This document shows positions 54,116 through 64,000 of a stretch of 64,000 nt of DNA, one piece after another. Positions within the stretch are counted from its first letter, which is position 1, and every line of letters begins with the position of its first letter. This DNA comes from Octopus sinensis (lineage: Eukaryota): the NCBI RefSeq assembly GCF_006345805.1, contig NC_043001.1, positions 93,000,001 to 93,064,000 on the forward strand. The letters are read 5' to 3'. Both the position numbers and the translations under genes were made by a program. The notes under the pieces are model-generated. The model saw only the letters and a program-made list of their open reading frames with translations. It was not told the origin of the DNA and ran no database searches.

Positions 54116-55103
54116 ACACACACATACATATATATATATATACACCACACATATATAAATATATATATATATACATACACACACACAATATATATATATA
54201 TATACACACATACACACATTCACACACACATATATATACTTATACATACATACATACATGCATACACCACGAGTTTCCATACAGTTTCCGCCTGCCAAAT
54301 TCACGCACAAGGGGCGGAGTTGTATGTACGAACGCTAACCCACCTACACTTGCATCCATCCATCCATCCATCCATCCATCCACACACATATGTGCGTGTA
54401 TGTGTACACACAAACGTATATATGTAATACCATACTAGTACATATGGCAGTACAGTGATATTTAAATAATATGAGGATAGGATTCATTCGTAAATTAGCC
54501 ATACAATTTCTCGACATGGCATCCTACCATTTCCTTCCTTGTTATTGATAATTTAGATTAAGCAAATACCAAGATCACATTTTCAGCAGTATTTTGGCTG
54601 TCTATCATTATTTTGCAAAGAGAGGAAACACAACAACGCTGACAACTGAAATATAATTCGCATCAACAACAATAATAAGAATGGTAATTTTATTTGCAGA
54701 AAAGAATTAAATTTGATATTATTTCTCTTCTGCTACAAAGCAACCCCAATTATTCTTATTGTTGTTTTTACAATATCATATAGATTACATGATTGTAAGT
54801 AATACGCTACTGACGATTTCATCGAATGTAATGTCTCCTTTACAAAACAGATATTCTACTCGGAGCCAATGAGGAAACATCTACGCACGCTGTTGTTTTA
54901 TCTATAAGACAAAGCAGTTCAAAGAATCTTTCAAAATATATCCTACTGTCTTACAAAAAGAAGGATACGTCGAACAATTTCAGTACTTGACATACAAAAA
55001 GACGAGACTGTCACGGCCTTAGCCTGTAGTTTTTTACTTGATCGGAAATGACCGGCGGATGATAACAACAACAACAACAACAACAACAGCCACAACCACC
55101 ACC

Positions 55104-55135
<32 letters not shown>

Positions 55136-55432
55136 CTGCCACAGCAAGAAGAAGAGAAAAGAACAAATTGATATTGTTAAAAATAAGATCAAAGCTTTTA
55201 CATTTTTTTCATCTTGCAATATCCGTCGTTTGTTGTTTGTTAAGTGTAGTTTAAATGTAGGGGATTCCGAAATTCTGAACAATTTGTTGTCTTGTTTTTC
55301 ATGGGATTTTCTCATTTGACAGTTTCTGTGCTATCTAACCAACATGTGTGTAAAAGTAATGCCTTAACAACGAAAAAAAAATTCCCTGCATGAAGTTGTT
55401 GCATTATATTTAAGATATGTTTGGTGATATTA

Positions 55433-55979
55433 ACTTGAAAATCCTCGAGTATAGTCCGCCCTTGAGTATAATACGCAGGAGACTTTTAGGTGACCGGACC
55501 TCTGAAAAACCTAAGCCTTGTGTATAATACGCTCCCCTTCGCTAACTTGGATCAAGGAGGTCTATATAATGTCCTTGGTTTGTAAAAATGTATACGGTAA
55601 CGTTCTTTATTATTATTGTATATATAACATAATGCAAACATGTAGCTTTTTTTGTGCATTTTGTTATATGGGAATGTTTGCAAATTGTTTTTGATACATG
55701 TTATTTGGTGTTCTGAATACTTTTATTTTAATTAATGTTGCTTACTGTAAGTTATGGATGATTCTTTTATGACTTCATTGCTTTCAGGCTTAGCTCAAGG
55801 TATTTTCGCGCCCGACATCACAAAATGCGTCTGAATAAACATTGCCGGACAGCAAATAGAGACTCGGACATTACTTGGAAAATAGTTTTCATTTTTAACC
55901 TCGTATATAGTACGCACTAGGGATTTTGACTTTTAAATTTTGGGGAAAAAATGCGGATTATACTCGAGGATTTACAGTA
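55433..55979. mobile_element. pogo/Tigger-type non-autonomous DNA transposon (MITE)
   Basis: Terminal inverted repeats aaatcctcgagtatagtccgc (55438-55458) and gcggattatactcgaggattt (55953-55973), ending ...acag+TA. The left terminus is degenerate. Confidence 0.7.
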
Positions 55980-56763
55980 TACACTTCACTGATTAACTCT
56001 TGTACATTTGATTTTAATATCATTGTATTTTAGTATGATTGTTGATACACGTGCTGTTGTTTAGTCCTAGTTCGTCCTGATCGAACACATCTATGTTAAA
56101 CAGTGTTCTAGCAATGGTATTCGTCTTTCTCACAGGCGAAGCAGTTACTGAAACTTTAAATTTTAGGTTATCACGATTACAAACATATGATTGGTCATAA
56201 TCACTGATAAAACAATGAAAATCGACCTGCCTAATGTTTGTTTCTCTACACACGAACGAATTGCTTTAAAACGGCAAGTAAACTAACCTTGGCAGGTCTA
56301 CATGCAAAGTTAGCCGGAACAGTGCAAGAGCAGCAATGAAAATTGTATCTGATTGAAGAGTATGATATTGAAGGGACTCTGTATAGAAAATTCTGTAAAA
56401 GTATGCTAGTGTTTGTTGTTTAACCTCAGGTCAAACCTAGTTGACAGACCTATTATGATCAAAGGTGTTCCAGCTGTGACCTTACCATCATTATACAAAG
56501 ATAAATACGATAGCAAACTAGTTATGAAGACAAACAGATAGATAGATAGATAGATGGATAGGTATGTATGTATTTAGGTAGGTAGGTAGATAGGGAGGTA
56601 GGGAGGTAGGGAGGGAAAGAGGGATGGTGTGAGGGAGTGAGGGAGGGAGAGAGGCAGGCAGGCAGGCAGATAGATAGGCAGACAGATAGACAGACAGGTA
56701 GGTAGATAGGTAGGTAGGTAGGCAGGTACATAGATAGATAGAGAAAAGTAGCTAGCTACTAGC

Positions 56764-56799
<36 letters not shown>

Positions 56800-56824
56800 T
56801 AGATAGATAGATAGATAGATAGAC

Positions 56825-56906
<82 letters not shown>

Positions 56907-57199
56907 GAAAATGTAGAGATAGTAATAGAATTGATAGCTATAGAATATTATTACATTGTTAACAATGTTAAAACAGAAAATTAATATGAAACTCAAGTGA
57001 AGACTTTTTATTCTCGTTACTACGGAAACGACAGTTCAGTGCAGCATAACGTTTATAACCTTAATATGTAAAGCAGTAAGTTACGTGTAAAGTATTTTTG
57101 TGGGTTCGTTTCTCTCTTTCTGTCATAGTGAAAGGAGAAAACAGTAGCTATGTAAAAAAAGGTGGAAGAAGAGGAAGTATTATAAAGTGTTGTAGATAA

Positions 57200-57736
57200 G
57201 GCGGCGAACTGGCAGAAACGTTGGCATGCCGGGCCAAATGCTTAGCGGTATTTCGTCTGCCGTTACGTTCTGAGTTCATATTCCACCAAGGTCGACTTTG
57301 CATTTCATCCTTTCGGGGTCGATAAATTAAGTACCAGTTACGCACTGGGGTCGATATAATCGACTTAATCCATTTGTCTGTCCTTGTCTTTCCTCTCTGT
57401 GTTTAGCTCCTTGTGGGTAGTAAAGAAATAGGTATTTCGTCTGCCGTTACGTTCTGAGTTCATATTCCACCGAGGTCGACTTTGCATTTCATCCTTTCGG
57501 GATCGATAAATTAAGTACCAGTTACGCACTGGGGTCGATATAATCGACTTAATCCATTTGTCTGTCCTTGTCTTTCCTCTCTGTGTTTAGCCCTTTGTGG
57601 GTAGTAAAGAAATAGGTATTTCGTCTGCCGGTACGTTCTGAGTTCAAATTCCGCCAAGGTCGACTTTGCCTTTCATCCCCTTGTCTGTCCTTGTTTGTCC
57701 CCTCTATGTTTAGCCCCTTGTGGGCAATAAAGAAAC
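57200..57736 (+). mobile_element. Family B SINE as a head-to-tail trimer (184-bp period)
   Basis: ggtatttcgtctgcc recurs at 57247, 57431 and 57615; only the first unit has the tRNA head; the third unit is internally deleted. Confidence 0.9.
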
Positions 57737-58383
57737 GAGAACTTCTAGTTTAGACAGGTTTAATCTAGCATTGCAGAAATTAACGTTGTAGGAGTGATTT
57801 AATGGAGGAAAAGAATTAAGACGATATGACTGCGATGACGATTAACATGTAAAAGAGGACAGCGATGGCAGCAATGATGACATCATTGACTAAGTACATG
57901 ATAACGAATGTATCTTTGGCAACGCTATATAGCAAAGGAATATAAACTTCACTTTACTTGATATCAAAAAGTCTTGCAAATGGTTTCTTCCTCTGAAAGA
58001 AGACTGTAATGTTACTTATGATAATGCCTGCGTCATCGATACTTCTGCTCTGTTTCACCATCCCCTCCCCGCCATCATCATTCTCTTACTTTTACTTTCA
58101 CTTTTCCTCTCGAACCACGAACCTCACTCGTTCTTACCCTATGTTCTTTCTTATATTCTCCATTAGTTTATACTTTCACTCCTGTTTCTCCTTTCTCTAA
58201 CAACTTTAAATTTTACAATTTCTTACTTATTTCTCACCAATTTTCACTCTTTGCTTACATTCTTTATTCATTCAATCCCTCTGTTTTCTCTATCTTTTTA
58301 TTTCTACCAACTCTCCATTCACTTCTCTCTCATATACATGCATACACATACGCACGCGCGCCACACACATACACATACATACC

Positions 58384-58446
<63 letters not shown>

Positions 58447-58684
58447 TATATATAAATATATAATATATATATATACATATATGTATAATATATATGTATA
58501 TATATATATAGATAATATATATGCATATATATATATATAGATAATATATACATACATAAATATATATATATACCACAGATATGTTATGTATATATATTAT
58601 ATATATGTTATATATATAAATATATGTGTGTGTATAATTGTATCTATAGCTACTTTTAATCTCTCTCTCTCTCTCTCTATCTGC

Positions 58685-58765
<81 letters not shown>

Positions 58766-59338
58766 ATACTTACTTACAAACATACATGTGTTAATGCATG
58801 CACACGCACAAACACGCACTCACACATCACACGCATGCGCACGCACACAGACATATATATTCTCTCTCTCTCTCTCTCTAATCCTTGTCTATCTTGTCCT
58901 ACCCGTTCGTATTTCCTCCATCTGTCAGTGTTCTTCTCTCTTTCCTGACCCTTATTACTAAGTTTCCCTTTCTTTCCTCTACTCTTTCTTCACATCTTTT
59001 CCTCTCCCATATCTGCTACGCTTCCATCAGTTTCATTATCTTTCCTCTTTTTTCCCTCCCGCTTTCTTCTTCTCCTATCATTTTTGTATTTCCTCTTTCT
59101 TCTTTCTGCTCTGTAATGGCGACGGCGAATAAAAGAAACACACTTGCACGAATTCCTAACTTATCTTCACTAATGGAGCTGTCGTCCGATTTCCCTTCTA
59201 TCACTTTCTTGCTATTATATGTCTTCTTTCATCGACAATATTCACAGTGCGAAAAATGATGATGATGATGATGATAATGATGATGATGATGATGATGATG
59301 ATGATAATAATGATGATAATGATGATGATGATCATATG

Positions 59339-59383
<45 letters not shown>

Positions 59384-59428
59384 GTAATAATAATAATAAT
59401 AATAACAATAATAATGATGATGATGATG

Positions 59429-59474
<46 letters not shown>

Positions 59475-59509
59475 TAATAATAATAATAATAATAACAATA
59501 ATAATGATG

Positions 59510-59554
<45 letters not shown>

Positions 59555-59669
59555 GTAACTTTTCATCTCAGAATCTTATGTATCGTTTGCCCCGTCTTCC
59601 TTTTAACATTCAACCGCATACAAACACACGCGTGTGTATGTGGGTGTACGTATGTGCGTGCGTGAGTGT

Positions 59670-59707
<38 letters not shown>

Positions 59708-59858
59708 CGTGCAAGTGCATGCGTGCGCACGCGTGCACGTAAATGAAAGCTGTGAACAAGGAGAAAAGTAGAGTACGTCAGGTGGGAAATACAGTTACTT
59801 AAATTCTGTCTGTCTACGTATGTATTGTATGTATGTATGTATGTATGCATCTTATCTA

Positions 59859-59932
<74 letters not shown>

Positions 59933-59933
59933 G

Positions 59934-59971
<38 letters not shown>

Positions 59972-60065
59972 TCATCCATCTATCTGTGATAGCTAGCTAG
60001 TTGTCTATTTGTCTGTCTCTCTTCTGTCTGTTGCTCGTGTTTCAATTTATCTGTCTGTAACTATA

Positions 60066-60109
<44 letters not shown>

Positions 60110-60114
60110 CACAC

Positions 60115-60206
<92 letters not shown>

Positions 60207-61105
60207 GGATATTGATTATAGAATAAGTTACATATTCAACCAGTTGAGGATTACGATAGCCAAAAAGCGAACATATGATATCCTCAGATTAAATAACTAT
60301 ATGAAAGTGTCACATAACGATCACAGATAGGGTGGTATGCCAATGCGAAAGTCATTCGAAGAGGCCGCTGGCAATAGATAGCGTTCAACTAAATGAAAGA
60401 AAGAAACTGAAAAGGAAGAAATAATTGAAAAATGGTAACCGAGGGAAGCAGTATCGAAAAATATATAACTGTTGCAGTGCAGTGAGAATAGACGCATAAA
60501 TTCAAAAGACATACGAAGACAAGCACATATGCATAGTTACACAGGTACAATCCGACAAAGAAGTAATCTCAACTGTTCATATATACATATACATATTTGC
60601 GAGTGTATATATATATATGACCTTTGTGTGTTTAGTAAGATAAAAAAAATCCAACCAAATAGACAATCAACAACACACTTTGCTACCATTCACCGATGTT
60701 TACAATCCGTTCACTTCACCTGGTGACTCCTTATGTGAGTCCTCAGGCCACCAAAAACAATATGGATACGAGCATGACTTATTAAGCCAGCACGTGATCT
60801 AGCATATATATGTGTGTTGTGTGTCCGTCTCTCTGTGTGTCTGAATGCATGTATCCAATCATGTACAGATTAGTTGACCTGCAGATGCGAAAATCTCTTC
60901 CAAAAATCATTGGGAAGACTATCTGTGGACAACCGCTTCGAAACATATTTTGATTAAATATTTGCATTTATGTCGACGATCAGTGGCGCACTCGGTTATG
61001 TTAGTAAATGCTCATACCATATCTAGAAAGGCTATGATTTTCGAAGAAAGAAAAAGAACAACCAACACAAAATTTGTAGATACAATCTGTGAATGAAACA
61101 AAATA

Positions 61106-61658
61106 CCGTATTACCTCACTTTAGGAGCATCCACTTTACGGGACTCCCGATTTACGAGTTTTGTTTTTCTAGCACAAAATCCAAATTTTCAACGCAGTGT
61201 AAAAGTTTCTACTACCATAACAAATGCTTCTGTATGTTACCGAGAAATTTATAGGGAGCAGAAAAAAGCTTCAAAGCAAACAACTGTAGATTCGTTTTTT
61301 GAAAAGAAATCTACAGGTCCATCTGCGAGTGCTTGTGAATCGGTGATCGCGTCTACAAGCGATGGTGTGCACGAGTCGATGTGCGTGAAAGTGATTCAGA
61401 AAACGATTATAATAATAATATTTTTTTATTATAAATGATCTTGACATTCTTTTTGCTTTACATAAAATATTCTTTCCATTCTATTTTTGTTTTATTGCCA
61501 TTTATTTACAAGTATTATAAATTTTATAGGTAAATTATTTTTCTGGGAACGAATTACGATAACATTACTACTATGGTAAAATATAGCCCTACTTTACGAG
61601 TTTTCGCTTTACGAGCGATCTCCGGGAATAAATTGACTCGTATACTGAGGTATTATAA
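61106..61658 (+). mobile_element. Internally deleted Tigger/pogo transposon retaining the transposase C-terminus
   Basis: From 61172: AQNPNFQRSVKVSTTITNASVCYREIYREQKKASKQTTVDSFFEKK (cf. Tigger DPN.ERS.KV...I.NA..CYREIY.EKKK...QTSLD.FF). Degenerate TIRs ta|ccgtattacctcactttaggag and ctcgtatactgaggtattat. Confidence 0.7.
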
Positions 61659-62298
61659 GTATATGTAATAATTGTAATAATTTTTATCCAAATTCCAGTG
61701 ATGGAAATTCTTTCGTTGTTAGAAACAGCTCCATCCTTCTAGAGACATTACTAATTGAGAAAAACATATAAATGCACACACACACACACACACTCATGCA
61801 CATATATGAGTATGCGAGTATATACGCACGCGCATACACACAGATGTATTAAGAGCCACACACTAAGCCACATACAGATATATTCTGGCACGTATATACA
61901 TATTCTCAAAAAATCTACTTAGAGTGTGGATATCAGAAATGAGTATAACTTTATGAAGTGTTTCATGTGTTAAATCGGCAGACAAAATCCAGCCCACTGT
62001 TTTTACATATTGATCGAGCAAAATTCTCCTGATAAGAAGCCAGATAATTTTAAAAGGTTTCTAAAAGGGAGAAAATTCTTAGCATTTTCATAAGAGCTTT
62101 GGAGGGATGAAAGTGAAACATAATAGTCGAAGCGGGAATCGAGAACAGGTTGCTGTCTTGATTCACCGGAAGTGTATAAACAAACTACAACTTTCGGAAC
62201 AGGAATACTTGAACATATGTAATGATAATCATATAAAGTACAAGTTTTGTTACAGATATTGTTGCACACACACACACACACACCTACACACACACACA

Positions 62299-62337
<39 letters not shown>

Positions 62338-63549
62338 ACACACACACGTACACACACACACACATACGCACTTACATACACACACACACATACGCACTCA
62401 CATACACACAGACACGCGCCTGCACACATATGCTCTGACGCACATAGCGCTCTTACTCGCCATACAGCGAACATGTTTGTATATTTGTATGTACGTAAAT
62501 CTCTATACACACACACGCACACACATACACACTCACACATATTTATACACACACATAGGGTGAAGTCATATGGATGCACTTTTTAGAATTTACTGAAATA
62601 GTCCGACTAAGTTAACGTTTAATACAGTTTTATGAAAACAAAGCGAGTAAAGATTATTACATCTCTGTAGCTGATGCTCGATAAAGCCGCTCCTTGTATT
62701 AAGCATTTTACTCGAGAGATCGAATTATGAAAAGCATTGGAGAAAGAGAGAGGGAGAGAGAGAGGGAGAGAGAGAGAGAGAGGAAGAGAGAGTGTTCAGA
62801 TCCAGTAAATTAAATTTTTCCTATAGTTATTATTGTTTTGCCTTTTATTTTTGTTTTAAAAAACCATCAGTTATATGTTGTTGTTTTCAAAGCCGATGTT
62901 GCAACACTTCGTTGAAAGAAGAATAAAACAATAATGACAAAATGAAAAAAAAAACAACAACAACAAGAAAAAAACACACAAATAACTACTCTGTAGCCAG
63001 TAAAATTGATGGCGTGCTTTTATGTCCCTATAGATTTTCACTTTGTTGATTCTCTAACGATTTTATGACAACAGGAATCCTATCATGTTCGAGTAAAAGA
63101 CCCAAGGCTGTGCAAAAAATTGCGTTTCTTCCAAAATAGTGCATGATACATAAACACTAGAAGGGTTAATAAGAAATCTATGGTTCTTCTATCATTCATT
63201 TCTGCTCTATCATTGACACAGTCACAATAACAGAATGGAACGCTTTTCAAAACTCTGTATTCAGCTTGACATTAACGTTGAATATTATATTCTGAAACAA
63301 TCTTGTATATAGATTTTTAAGTACGATATTATACAAGTTGACTATGGTTAAGCAAACCTAAGTCCACAAACGTTTCACATATGACCATCTCGTCGAAGTC
63401 TCAAAGTCAGGTAACTTACTCTATTCAATATGTTTCGTTTTAAAAAGTAGGATGTGGCTTGAAAGATTATTCACTGCTCATTCTAGCAGGTCAAACGATC
63501 ATTTCTTTTTACAGGCACTCTCGAATATGTATACGTGTATACGTGTATA

Positions 63550-63591
<42 letters not shown>

Positions 63592-63926
63592 TTTTTTGCG
63601 TAATGAGATAAAAACCAAGGCTGTATAGATATTAGAGCATTTATTGATAGAAGGTCTTACAGCTGTTTCTAGGATATTTATTAATTATATCCCTTCATCG
63701 GAGACTGTGAGAGGATAGTTAAGTCATAGTTAGTTTAGATGTGATATAAAATAGAGAGTGAGGTGGAGGAAACAAAATAGATGCAAGATATGTATGGATA
63801 TTGAAGTTATAAATCCATTTTTTGGGCAGAATGGTATATATGTAATATTCCAATACCATATGAGTAAAGTCCAAAAGTCCAACAGAGTTTAAAATGAGTG
63901 CTTCCAAATATAGAGTTTATACACAA

Positions 63927-63980
<54 letters not shown>

Positions 63981-64000
63981 AATCTATGTATAAACGTATA

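Noticed and set aside
57247-57736. Regularly spaced repeats superficially like a CRISPR array
   Set aside because: The whole 184-bp unit repeats with no unique spacers, the context is eukaryotic, and there are no cas genes.
60879-60950. CTGCAGA...stem...CGAAAC
   Set aside because: A6 is replaced, there is no NUH site and no stem I; not supportable.
62165-62179. ACCGGAAGT (ETS-like) followed by GTATAAA
   Set aside because: Short motifs expected by chance in 64 kb; no CpG-rich region or first exon nearby to support a promoter.

Overview
Eukaryotic, very AT-rich, microsatellite-saturated DNA. It is most likely from a coleoid cephalopod (Octopus-like); this is inferred from the tRNA-derived SINE families and the repeat landscape. 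Only one host-gene exon is convincing: a 336-bp, phase 1-1, minus-strand exon (48977-49312) encoding an N-terminal V-type Ig domain of the Turtle/IGSF9 family. The rest of the window is therefore probably intron of that gene, with no further exon recognised. It is filled with mobile-element remnants: a Penelope-like element 3' fragment (GIY-YIG C-terminus plus an intact-looking type I hammerhead ribozyme, same strand as the gene), R4/Dong, RTE and CR1/L2 LINE fragments, three tRNA-SINE families (with tandem multimers and one SINE sharing its 3' tail with a LINE in the window), Helitron/Helentron-like and pogo/Tigger-like non-autonomous elements, a 387-bp foldback, a perfect 66-bp palindrome and many simple repeats. 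Nearly all ORFs in the supplied track are microsatellite translations. All alignments and folds were done by eye; no database search or folding program was run.
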